Assembly: GCA_009103225.1 (NCBI GenBank)
Contig: RHPI01003156.1
Location: 474,537-538,536, forward strand
From: Chlorokybus atmophyticus
Taxonomy: Eukaryota; Plantae; Mesostigma and Chlorokybus algae
Reading direction: 5' to 3'
DNA: 64,000 nt
Each line of letters opens with the position of its first letter. Position 1 is the first letter of the stretch. The notes under the pieces were generated by a model that did not search any database, was not told where the DNA came from, and saw nothing but the letters and a program-made list of their open reading frames with translations. Position numbers and translations under genes: made by a program. Shown in pieces: positions 37,187-49,401 of this stretch.

Positions 37187-38613
37187 ATGGCTGGGGCGGC
37201 GGCGTGCGGGTTGTCGGCGTGCGGGACCGGCGTGGTGAGGGGGACAAGCTTGGCGTCTTGCTCCGGCGTTGGGCGGCGGCAGGCTGCTGTGCCGTCTGGC
37301 CGAGCGTTGAGGCCGCAGCATGCGGCCGCTCTGCGGCGGCCGGCTCCGAGGGTGCTGAGGAGCAGCACGGTGCGGTGCGCCAAGGACAGCGACAGCAACG
37401 GGACGGCCGCCGAGGACATCACGCTGGATTTTGATGGGCAGGAGCTCCTCAGGCAAGACGTGGAACGTTACAAGGCACGCGAGCTCCAGGTGCGCTGCGT
37501 ATTTAATGCAATACTCTGCGTGCATTGTGTGTTGTAGTGACAAGACTATACACAGGTTTGGGTGTCTTTGTCCAATCAGAGCTCAATGCGCAATTGTGCC
37601 AAACTTAGGTCAGGTTGCGTGCATGATTTCCTGCAAGGAGATGACGTTGGTCGTGCAGCGTCCATGTATACATGTCAGGTTCCACCATGATGCGCAACTT
37701 GGTATCAAAGCTGCGGGCCACATACGATCAGGACAGTGTGTTTCAATGTTGTTGCTTGTTGTTGCTTTACGGATTATCGTTGTGTATATAGTGTTAGCAG
37801 CTTGGCTATACGAGGTAGGGGTTGCATCAATTGCAAGACATGGGCAATTGTCGTGTGCGTGCGCATGTGCGTGCATGTCTTCGTGCGCATGCATGCATAT
37901 GTGTGCGCACACATATCCACTCAGACTTGTTGCCATGCGTGATTCATACTCAGCGTGTTTCTCTTGCATGTGTCCAGGAGAAGCAAAGGCGGCCTCGCTA
38001 TTATCAAAAAGAAGAGACTCAAGAGAACTCAGCGTTCAAGGATTTCATTGACAAGGTGAGCTATTGAGATGTTGATGCATGCGTTATCAGTAGCTAGTAT
38101 TGTTGTCGTTCAGTCCGTGAGGGGTTGATGCGCACAGCATTGGTAGTAAGGCTTACCAGCACGCATGGTAAACATCGTGTATTGAGGAGTATCATTGCTG
38201 TGCGCATCGAGCAATCGAGCAAAAGATTAAGTAAAAGTAACATTTTCTTGCAATGCACGCTACATGGTCAAAAGGTGTGACCGAGTCAAATTAGCATAGC
38301 AGGCACCCGCATTGGACTCGTCAGAGCACAGTGCTTCTTAGTGCTTCTTACTGCCACCAATTGCCACTGTCAGCCTTGGTCACGTCACCCTCTGTGCTTC
38401 CTGTCCACGCAGGCACTAGTAGCGGACTTCTTTTTCATCTGCCTAGCGTTGCTGTGGCTGCTAGTGGGGTGGGTTCAGCGGACGACTGTAGGTGACTCTC
38501 CCCTTCTTGCAACGTGGTTTTCTCTGTGGGACCCTCTGTTCCAGCCTGCCATTGGAGCTCTCATGCTCGGCGCGTTGGTGTCTGGGCTCTCAGGACGCAA
38601 GAAGCAGGAGTAG
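37187..38613 (+). CDS. Predicted plastid-targeted small membrane protein (transit peptide + 2 TM helices), 3 exons
   Basis: Ala/Arg/Ser-rich N-terminus with 'VRCA'. Exons ~37187-37489, ~37978-38055 and ~38413-38613. Hydrophobic C-terminus 'ALVADFFFICLALLWLLVG...LWDPLFQPAIGALMLGALVSG'. Confidence 0.75.
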
Positions 38614-39179
38614 GGTAGGTTTTGTGTTGCCGCGCAGTGTACATAGCTAGCAGCCCATGCTTGAGTAACATATTGTGGTAGTGTTTATGTAATCAGTCTA
38701 TGTGAATTGCTGCATTAGCAGTTGAAAGTAGGTTCGCAGCTTTGGCAACAGTGTCGTTACAATGCCATGTCTCGTCAAAGTAGGTGTTGTCCCCAGGCAT
38801 CCACATCACACGCGCTCTTCAAGACGAGAAAGTGACATGCAATGCTGCGCTGCAACGCTGTTGGTGTTTTGTGCGACGGTGCAGGCTGATGCAGGCGGAG
38901 GCATGCAACTGAGATGATAAAGCTTGAGAGCCACTACTCAGCAGTGACTATGACCTGCACATCCTGCGGACACGTGCCCCTTGGCATTTGTGTACATTTG
39001 CCTGCATGTGCACTTTGCACGTTGCGTCTTTTGTACACATGAGGCTGCACCGAGCCAGCATGCAACACGTCTCACTGTTGTTGACCTCATGCGCAAACAC
39101 AAGCACGCCCCGCATTGTTTGTACAACTCTACATGCCACATGCTTCACTGTACACACATCTGATTTGGCTCGCTGGTAC

Positions 39180-40744
39180 CTACGTGCTGGGTTGAGTGGC
39201 CGAATGCGAGTTAGCAGCAGCCACATACTGGCGCGCTGTTGGGTTGAGTGTGTCACTCTGTTCCTCTGGCAATGCACCACTGCTGTGCAATTGGGCCGCT
39301 GCGCGTGCGGCCTCGCGCAGGAGACGGATGCGCTTCTCACTGGGCGGTCGCACGATGTTGGTCGGCCTCTCCTTCAGCACCACCGACAGATGCGTCCTCA
39401 AACGCCGCTTCTCGCCAGAGCGACCGCGCCCGTGCATAGACACGCGCCTGATGGGCGTAGCTCTGCCGATGAAACACTCGGCTGGCCACACGCACAGACA
39501 CAAGGACAAAATGAGTTCTACAAAAGTGTGCCTGGATCAGCGAGATGACAATGGCTGGCTAATGTTGCACCACGCTCGCGCGATCAAGTGGACAAGTCTT
39601 CTTGCATATTTGTGGTGAATGGGTGCAAGTTTGCTGCACATATGTTACCGCACGAGACATACCCACATACAATCGTCGTGAATCCATGCTCTTGTTGTGT
39701 ATGGCATTGCCCTTTGCGCACTTCAGGAACTGCCAGATGAGAGCGTTTTACACTTTGTTACGTAACAAACAACACATTAAGGAAACACGCATAACACATG
39801 TGGCTTACATCCAGCACAGCCTTGGCTGCTCGCTTGGGGTTTAGCTGCAATTGAATCATGGCATTGTCAACCGACAGCCCTCGTATCAACTTAGCGATTG
39901 TGTTCATCTTGATCGGACTCATCGGAAGGCTCCGCTTCGTCAATGTCTCGATTTTCTCACCCTGAATGAGCGCATTGCCACTCATCAACGTGCAGCAATG
40001 CGATGTCACACATTGTGTCACTGAGGTATGCATACCTCTTCTGCGGGTTTTTCGGGGCTAGGAGGCGGCGGTGTCTGCAGCAAAGGGGACCGCACGGGTC
40101 CAGAAGCGGCATTTTGCGGTGCCAACAACACCCTTGTGAACTGCTCAACACAATCAGGCACTACTATCAGCTACTAGCAACTGTGAAAAAGTCACTGACG
40201 TAGTGAACAGGCTTGGCTACCTAACACTGGCATCACTCACAGCGTAACTACAGTCAGAAAACTTTGGCAAACTCAATAGGTATGCCAGTTGAGTGTTCCA
40301 AATGTATAAAAGTAGAGTTGAAAGCAATCAAGTTGTCAATCTGAAGCTCAGGTTTACGCAGCGTCAAGCTGACTGTTTGTAAGTGGAGTGGTAGACAGCT
40401 GCAACTGAGTGATGGCAGCAACCAGCAGAGGGAAAAAAACAAAGATCAATCATTATTGATTGGTTTACCAGCGTTCGGTGGACAAGCTCTTGTGCAGGCC
40501 TCCAATGTTGGCAGTTGCCAAACCCTGCCGCTAGCTTTTGCGAATGAATCCCTATGCATACACACGCAATTGAGCCACTGAAATGCAAGCGCACAAGCAT
40601 GAATAAAACAACAGGCTTGTAGCAAACAAGAGCACCTCTTATAGCCTCCCGAGTACATGCAGCCGCAGATGTGCTCAGCGCTCTGCTGGCCAGCAGCGTC
40701 CTGCTCGCTCCCGCTGCCGCCGCCGCCGCCGCCTTGCGCAGCAT
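39180..40744 (-). CDS. MRPL22: Mitochondrial ribosomal protein uL22m, multi-exon
   Basis: Presequence 'MLRKAAAAAAAGASRTLLASRALSTS'; L22 motifs 'SPIKMNTIAKLIRGLSVDNAMIQL' and 'FIGRATPIRRVSMHGRGRSG...THLSVVLKE'. Confidence 0.87.
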
Positions 40745-40816
40745 GTCGCTGAAATTGTTGGCCAGCCAACCCTAACGTAAGCTGTTGTTGAGGTTGTGGC
40801 GGTGGTGGGCGGTGGC

Positions 40817-40990
40817 ATGGCCAACCGGGGTCCCGTTGTCCTGAGCATCGACGAGGTGGAGCGCCTCCTGGATATGCTGCCGCCGCCCCCAACCGACGGC
40901 GACGAGGACAAGGACGCCCACCTGGAGTCCGCCCGCAGCAAGCTGCTGGCGCTGCTTCACCAGCTTCGCAGCGGCAGCGACGCTGCCTAA
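40817..40990 (+). CDS. Small unannotated ORF, 57 aa (MANRGPVVLSIDEVERLLDMLPPPP...LLHQLRSGSDAA)
   Basis: Intronless, ATG in GGC-ATG-G context, strongly G/C-ending codons like neighbouring exons, amphipathic-helix pattern. Confidence 0.65.
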   Translation: MANRGPVVLSIDEVERLLDMLPPPPTDGDEDKDAHLESARSKLLALLHQLRSGSDAA

Positions 40991-41063
40991 GCTTGAAGCT
41001 TAGGGTTTCTATAATACTACTACTGTCTGGCTACAGTCTTGTACACCACTGCTGCTGCTGCAC

Positions 41064-42305
41064 ATGCCTGTTGCTGAGATCGCTTTGACTGCTTCGCCGG
41101 AGAGCGTCTATCCCCCCAGCGACGACAGCTTTGCGCTGGCAGATGCCCTTGAGCAGGACGCTGACTGGCTGAAGCAGCGGAACCCCTGCGTTTGCCTTGA
41201 GATTGGAAGCGGTGAGTGCATGGTCAATGTGCATGGCTATGCCAAGGTGTCCAGTGTCTTTTCGTCGGTTGGTAACTCTCCGCTTTGCTTCATACTTCGA
41301 TTGCTTGATTCCATCTCTCAAGCACAGATGCGCATGTGCGTATTGAAGCAATCAGGCAGTCACTGTGATCAGAGTGTTACTTGAGGGAAAGTGATAATGA
41401 CGTCATACTGCATGACCATTTATGTGTGCATGCATGCTATCAATGGGAGATGTTTTGACCCGTCTTGAGGCTCTCAGTCTTCAGTAGTTCAATTTGTGAC
41501 CATTTATGTGTGCATGCACTCAACGCAGGTTCTGGGTACTGCATCACGTCGTTGGCATTGGTGCTCGGGACCAGCAGTGCATTGTGTTTGGCCACCGACA
41601 TAAACGCAGCGGCTGCATCTGCAACACAAGACACGCTGCGCCAGCATTCAGCTTGTCTCGCTGACATTGTGTTGGCTGATCTGGCTTCACCCCTGTTGAC
41701 ACGCCTCCAAGGCCGCGTTGACGTGCTCATCTTCAACCCGTAAGGCATTGCTCTGTGCATGAAGTTGTTTGTGCACTTTGCCGCTGAAACTCCAACCCTC
41801 TTTGAAGATTGACACGTACCTAACGTGTTGCAGTCCATATGTGCCTACGCCAGACTCAGAGGTGGGCAAAGCGGGGCTTACAGCAGGTAGTCCACCACTC
41901 ACACTCACTCTCACAGCCTGCATGGCAGCCATTGCTTCAATACTTGCATAGAAAGTTGTGTATGACCATCTAGCAATACTGCAGCATGGGCTGGGGGCCA
42001 TTGCGGGCGCAGTGTGATTGACCGCTTCCTGCCACTTGTGCCTACGCTGCTATCCGCCCGCGGTTGTTGCTACCTCGTGACCATACCTGACAATGCACCA
42101 GAGGTATGCCGCTAGTAACACCTACCACCACCACAAATAATGCTTCGCGTGCTGTAGGTGTCTGTTGAGTATTTTACATGTTCTTGCCGTCCTGTTCTTG
42201 CAGGAGATCAAGGAAATTTTGCAAAAGGCGAGGCTGCATGGTGAAAGCGTGCTACAGCGGAAAGTAGACGAGGAGACACTGCGCATAATGAGGTTCTGGA
42301 GATAG
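41064..42305 (+). CDS. N6AMT1: HemK2/N6AMT1 (Mtq2) eRF1 glutamine methyltransferase, multi-exon
   Basis: 'VYPPSDDSFALADAL', 'CLEIGSGSG', 'ATDIN', 'DVLIFNPPYVPTP', 'AWAGG..GRSVIDRFL', ending '...MRFWR*'. Confidence 0.92.
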
Positions 42306-42953
42306 CGCGGGGTCCGCGTGCTTAGTTTCCTCTTCATCCTGGCACAAGTGCATATGTGTCGCCATAGCTTGTATAGTCACACGCATTGGGTAGGTAGCAG
42401 TAGATGAATGTCGAGGACATCGCAAAGCCATAGGCGCGGAATGCGAACTAAAGTTGGTATTCAAGCAAAAATCTGATGCCCGACTTCTCATGCATTGTCC
42501 ATGCAATGCAGCTGGCCTGTAGGAGATGATATGCTGCAACAAGTTTTTGATTAGGGATTTGTAAGCCGAACTAAGAGCTGTACATGAGGAACAAGGCAGT
42601 ACACCAGTCAATCCACACACAACTGATTCTGCACCAGTGTGCGACAGTGGCTTGGCTGTGGCAAAGCATTTCGCAGGTGCAAACAGGGTTGCTGCGCCTT
42701 TCACAGTCAGGCCAGCGTGACAATTGTTGCACACCAAAATACTAGCCTACTAAACTAAAACCAACACACACAGATCTAGCAGCCAAATCGCTCGCTAGCT
42801 TAGTGTCAGCTTCAAACAATCAGAACCTACAAGCTAAGCAGTGCTAAGCGGTGCTGGCAAACACCACCACTACCACTAATCTAGTGCTAGGGCTCGAGAG
42901 TACAGGCAGCGCAACATGGCAGGGGGGCAGTGGAGGTGGGTGCAGAGCTGGAC

Positions 42954-45063
42954 CTAAGGTAAAGCAACCTCCTCATTCATCTCCAACCACCGCGTGGCGT
43001 CAATTGCAGCGGCACAGCCTGAACCGGCGGCTGTGATTGCTTGCCTGTACACCTTGTCAATGACGTCGCCGCATGCAAAAAGACCCTCTACTTGTGTGTA
43101 TGTTGTGCCTGGCCTTGCAGGGATGATATAACCCGATTCATCCATCTCAACATGACCCTTGACAAGATCTGAGTTGGGTTTGTGTCCAATGGCGGAGAAG
43201 TAGCCGAATGCCTCAATAACTTGCGTTTCACCTGTCCAACAAGCAATCTATGTTTGCATCTAGCATCAAATCAGCACTTGTTCAAAAGCCACACTGGTAA
43301 AGTGCTGACCTGTCTTGATGTTCTTCACTCGCGCGCCAGTGACACCAAGCTTGTCATCACCCAAAATCTCCTCCACTACCGAGTTCCAATGAACGCAAAT
43401 CTTGGGGTTGGCCAACGCGCGCTGTGCCATGATCTTGGATGCTCGGAAGCTGTCTCGGCGGTGAACAATGTATATCTGCACAGAGTAGTCAGATATACTG
43501 CCATATGTCGGCTGGTAACCACTACTCGACACCGCACATACAACAGTATGAGACTGACCTTTGAGCCAAACTTGGAAAGGAATGTAGCCTCCTCCATAGC
43601 AGTATCACCACCGCCCACGACAATTATGGGCTTGTTGCGGAATCGGGGCAGTGCACCATCGCAGGTGGCACAACCAGAAACACCCTTATTCATGAACCTC
43701 TTCTCCGATTCTAATCCAAGGTATTTTGCAGATGCACCTGTGGCCTGTGCATACCAAACAAGACTTATGTCAACACCATGTTGCCCTCTATTCCAACAAA
43801 CGCAAAATACGGAAGGAGGATGTGGATACATCTAAGGTCACTCACCAAAATTACACTTTTGAACAGCCAGCTATCTTCTCCTGAGAAAACCCTGATCGGC
43901 ATGCGACTCAAGTCCAGCTTTTCAACTGTTCGTGACAAAGTGATGGTCCCGAACCGCTCGGCCTGCGAGCAATCAGCGTTGATACAGGATGCTGCACTTT
44001 ATGGCTGCCTATGCTTGCAAGCAAGAACAAGGACATCATCAAAACCCACCTCACAACTTCAGATCCAATGTGCAACTTAGGCACTTGCACATGATCACAT
44101 GACTGTCAACAGTAATGCTAGAGGCATTCAGTAGCATCCAGACTACAAGACCAACCTGCTGCTTGAACTCCTCCATCATCTCTGGGCCCTGAATGCCATT
44201 GACGTAACCAGGAAAGTTCTCAACTTCTGTAGTAGTCATCAACTGCCCACCTGATTAACGCATGGTACTTCATAATTGCTGCAAGAAACAGCACATGACA
44301 AGCATATCTGCCATATGCTAGCATATGCCCTATGCTCGCGTGCAAGTGAGATAGCACTGTTGCATGTGCATGCCGCTACTGTACACGCCTCAGCAAGCCC
44401 TAAATTCCGCAACCCCAGAAAACGGTAAAGACAGCAAGGATGAATGCATGCTCACTGTTACTACATACTTGACTGCTAACCGCCGCAAGAATCTGCTTCT
44501 AATTGCACTGGCGCCGTAAAACTCACAAACCGCAACTATAAACCTCTTACAATCTTCACTACAATTCTCTCTGCATTCTCCAATCAATATAAAACCGCTT
44601 TTCTGTTTGCCAAAACACGTGCGAGAACAAAGAGACCAAGCATTGAAGACCATCAAGGCATGCCGACCCGTTTCCAATGAACCCGCAATGACCTTGTGCT
44701 GTAAACTGAAGCCGCGGCTAATCAAGTTCAGACACGCTGCGCCAGGACGACCTTTGGAATTGGCCTGCTGTGAGACGACGCACCTGGCAAGAGCTCAGTG
44801 CTCAATTCGCCCTCAAACACAATGGGCTTCAGGTCCGCTCTTGCCGCATACAAAGCTGCGGTCCATCCAGCAGGACCGGAACCAATGATCCCCACGTTGT
44901 GCACGACCTCCCGCTCAACAACCTTCTCGATGATATCGCCGCCGTTGGCGGTGGGAGCCGCCGCCTCTGCTGCAAGCGTGGCCATGGAGGACGAAAAAGA
45001 CCGCCCAACGGTATACAGCCTCCTTGTCGCAGTCAGAGCCCCCTCTGTGACCCTCCTCAACAT
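42954..45063 (-). CDS. NTR: NADPH-dependent thioredoxin reductase (NTRA/B type), multi-exon
   Basis: '[18 protein letters not shown]', '[15 protein letters not shown]', '[10 protein letters not shown]', '[12 protein letters not shown]', '[22 protein letters not shown]'. Confidence 0.95.
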
Positions 45064-47017
45064 CAACCACCCTCCCTCTGTGCTCACCGCCGCTCACGCC
45101 AACGCCGCCAACGTTGCCGCCGCCCGTGTCGCTTAAAGCTTCGCTAAATAACCTTAACTCTGTAGCCAGGCTAGGCTACAACCTAACCGCCGCAATTAAT
45201 CGAAGTTCTAGATCGCCGTGCGCTCAGACGGCCACGTACGCATTACAAGTTGTTCAAGTTGAACTTACCAACTCGGTTCGGTACGTTACGTTGAACCAGG
45301 CACGGTACCCTTGGTACCGTACCGGAAACGGCGGGAGAGTCACAGGTGTAGGAAGCTACATGTAAACGACCTTGGTTGCCCTGGTGCGAAGATCTTTACC
45401 TTTGAGTGTGCCTGTACTGGATGGCTTGTCCCACGTTGTGAGTAACCTTAACAGTTACCTTAACAGAAGCCGCACATTGCCAGCGGTGCCCAGCTGCAGA
45501 GTTGAACCGCTCCTCGCAGTGTGCATGCTCATGCTGATCGCACTAGCGACGCAGTATGTAACCTGCTGTAGGCTTGCATGCGGCGTCGACGACGGTGGCG
45601 GAGGAGGACAACAGGGGAGCATCACGAGGAAGGAGAGTATGCTGGACGCATCGAACCTAGATGTTGCGGCTGTCAATTGTTGTTTGATGTGCATAGCTGT
45701 AAGTGTGTTGTCGTTGGCCAAGTGGCCAGCAAGCAAGCCATGCTGCCAAGTTGCACTGCTGCTGAATGGTGGGGGTATGCATGTCGCACACAAATTTGTA
45801 CGACGAAGCTGGTTACCGCATACAAATGTGGCTTAGAAGCTTTTACTTCACCTTTGGCAGAGCATGCATACCGTCAATACACGTGTCTTTGCGTATTGTC
45901 CCAGCTCTATCATGTTCCACTGAACCAAGTGTTGAACATGCAATCGCATTACGACAAGTATTTTCGAGTGATATACGCCTGACATGCATGCCGGCACTTG
46001 CTGGCTGTATTTGTATGACATGCGTTCATCGGCTCGGTGTCATTCAACGCACGTAGCTTGCAACCAAGCAAAAGCAGGTGCAGCTATAGCACGCTAGTAA
46101 GCGTTTAAGCAATTCATGATGTTGTTATCAATCAGCGTAGTCTGGCATGGCAATTTTTCGCAGCGCAATGCTCTGTTCCTATGTCTCGGTGCGGGTGCAC
46201 TTGGCACACGTGGCGTTACAACTTGTTTAAAATTGCCACTACCTGCAACAATGAGTGGATGAAGCTTTTGGGTACAATATTTCGCGGCAGGCGGTTGATT
46301 TTAATTTGCGCGCATGACATTATGAAGCAGTGCTCATTAACGTAATGGTTTGCATGATGTGCAGTGATCGGCGCTGATGGTTACAGCTGCTTTATTGGTT
46401 GCCATGATGCCAGCAGAAATCTCCAACGACTTAAAAGCTGGTCTAGGCACAAGGAGATGTTCAGCTGCACAGTAGCAACTAACAACCGTTGCATAACGTG
46501 CGAGCCAATGTGTGCACTTTTTACAGTGACATAAAACGTAAAAGTTATGACTCCCACATGCATGTGCTCTTTACGGTGGCGTGAGCGCTTTTCTCAAGCC
46601 CGTGTTGCATCCACGGCACGCCAGTATCGAGATCATCATCCCAACAACAACCAACTACATGATCACAATCAAGTTTCGGGTGCGCATAGACCGCGCTTTG
46701 CAGGACCATTGTTGCTCCTGCAAAGCGCGGTCTATGGGCTTCTAACCGCAACCTTGAGGCTGTGTTTGCCGCACCTTTAACTTCAACGAGCATGACCCAT
46801 GCCACCACTTTGTAAAAGAGACATATGGCGGTGCGTGTTGCCGTGAAGGTGTCGCTGGATATGAGCCACGTGAGCTGAAGTTGTGTGCGTGTTGCCAGCT
46901 TTGACTACAAAGTCTGCATCATGAGGCAGCGGTTCATGCCATGGTAGAACGAAGCAGGGCCTAACTTGCACCGCAGTGAGCTGCAGCACATGTCACGTGT
47001 GCGCATAGGAGGGCGGG

Positions 47018-47326
47018 TCTTGCAGGAGATCAAGGAAATTTTGCAAAAGGCGAGGCTGCATGGTGAAAGCGTGCTACAGCGGAAAGTAGACGAGGAGACA
47101 CTGCGCATAATGAGGTTCTGGAGATAGCGCGGGGTCCGCGTGCTTAGTTTCCTCTTCATCCTGGCACAAGTGCATATGTGTCGCCATAGCTTGTATAGTC
47201 ACACGCATTGGGTAGGTAGCAGTAGATGAATGTCGAGGACATCGCAAAGCCATAGGCGCGGAATGCGAACTAAAGTTGGTATTCAAGCAAAAATCTGATG
47301 CCCGACTTCTCATGCATTGTCCATGC
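47018..47326 (+). repeat. 309-bp apparently identical copy of the HEMK2 last exon and 3' flank (42196-42504)
   Basis: Begins at the same TCTTGCAG acceptor and ends at a single N (47327). Confidence 0.9.
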
Positions 47327-48561
47327 NGGTGATACAGTTAGTCATATCAATCACACTACGAACACGAGCAGAGCACACCATGCGGCTGGGCAACGGCTGC
47401 GGGCACGCATTCAGGCCATTGGCACCAACCTCTCCTCTCCTCGCCCTTGTGCGTATGGGTCCCGACGCCCTTCACCCTCGCGTGCAGGCAGCTGGTGCGC
47501 CTACTGGCGTCGTCCGGATGGCCGTTGCTTGCTGTCATTGGGTGTACTCCATGGACTCGCGTGGACAACGCAAGATGTGCTTGGTGATGGGGGTTATACT
47601 TGAGGCAGGCTGGGACACATTTTCACCTCCACATGTCCACATAACTGCCACCACCAGCACAGATGACCTCAAGGTCGCAATCTTGGAGGTTGTGGACAAG
47701 GAAAGCCGCGGCGGCATCTGGCCGCGCAGTAAGCAGTCCGTCCTTGTTCATAATCCGCATGTTGGCATGCACATGCACGCGAAAGAAAGCGCGAGAGCAC
47801 AGACGGCAAAAGCGCATGTACAATACACTTTTGCTTGTGCGGTTAACAGTTGCGAACAGTCTTGGTTTTGATTTAGTTGTCCAGAGTTGCTTGTTCAGGA
47901 TGATTGATAGGCATGCAACATATTTGTATAGAGCAGTGGTTGCGACAGTTGGAAGCAATGTGCAGTGTCAACGGCTAGCACTAAATATGTACTGGTATAC
48001 TTCAGACTGTGCAATGCACCAGCAGCACTGGTAAAATTTGCCGTGATTGCAAAGCAGTATCAATATGAAGCAATTGTGGACATGAAGCAAACTACATTGC
48101 GCGGTTCACAATGGCGTCAGCTAATAAATGTCCACACACAAGTTTAGGTATAGTGCAATGCTGTAACTGCACACCACCTGCTCCAACGCCAACATAATGC
48201 CAGTTGAAATGCTGCTATACTATGTGTGCAGCTCACTTGCTGACCATCATCAGATTGCCCTAAACTCATGTCTGATAAGCATGGGCAGTTATACTGGACA
48301 CAGATGATACCCATGTCAATGTGGCCATAATAACATGCTAATCTGATAGAGATATACCTGTGCGATTATAGTTTACTACATCTGTCACTAACCATCACTC
48401 ACAGCATTGCAATTGCGCATCACTCAACTATCGCTCTGACCACATCCCACAGACAGAAGCCAGACCATCATAGGTGCTCAAAGAATCTTCTGGTTACGTT
48501 GTACACGGGTTATACTATTACAACACCGATAGCTAATAATCTATAGCATCAGCGCTAGCCC

Positions 48562-49401
48562 CTACATCTGCAGGCTGCGCACGATGTAGTCACCGTACAC
48601 ATCCATAGCGCGCTTGACAATCTCCCAGCTGCTCTCCGCGGGGAGGAAGTCTTTGCAGGAAACAATCTTGCCCTCATTCTTCTTGTAGTCCTCAAAGAAG
48701 CGCTTGATCTCTCTCAATCTAAGCAGTGATGTCACAGTCAGCACACATACTATGGATAACAGCACACATTCTCTTGATAACCCACTTTACCACTTGCTTC
48801 AGGCACATGCAACCAACCTGTGGGGAGGGAGCTCAGAAACATCGTTGAAGTGGGAGAACTCGGGGTCGTCCTGGCAGACGGCAATGATCTTGTCATCCTC
48901 CTCGCCCTGATCAATCATGGGCATGACGCCAATAGCCTTTGCGCGCAGGAAGCAGTTGGGCAGCACAGGCTCCTGCACAAGAACCACAAGACCTCGTCAG
49001 CTTCATGCTCAGTACTGCCACATTGTAAAAATGCGACCTCAGCAAGGTATCTTAGCGGTTTAACTTACTTGCATGAGGACCAACACGTCCAGAGGATCGT
49101 TGTCATCACCAAGTGTGCGGGGGATGAAGCCGTAGTTGTGGGGGTAGACCACGGAGGAGTACAGCACGCGGTCAACCTGTGCATGAACCAACGACAGTCA
49201 CTCTCATGTGTGGCAATAGCTGATGACGTGCAGTGAAACCCTGCAATTCGTCGATCCCCACACCTTCATCATGCCGGTCTTCTTGTCCAGCTCATACTTC
49301 ACTTTGCTGCCCTTGCCGATCTCAATGACGGCGTTGAAAACCTTTGGCGCAGAGGGGCCAATCTCCAGATCGTGCCATGGGTGTCCGTGGTGGCCATTCA
49401 T
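48562..49401 (-). CDS. PPA: Soluble inorganic pyrophosphatase (family I), multi-exon
   Basis: 'HPWHDL', 'KVKYELDK', '[22 protein letters not shown]', '[12 protein letters not shown]', 'FFEDYKKNE'. Confidence 0.95.
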
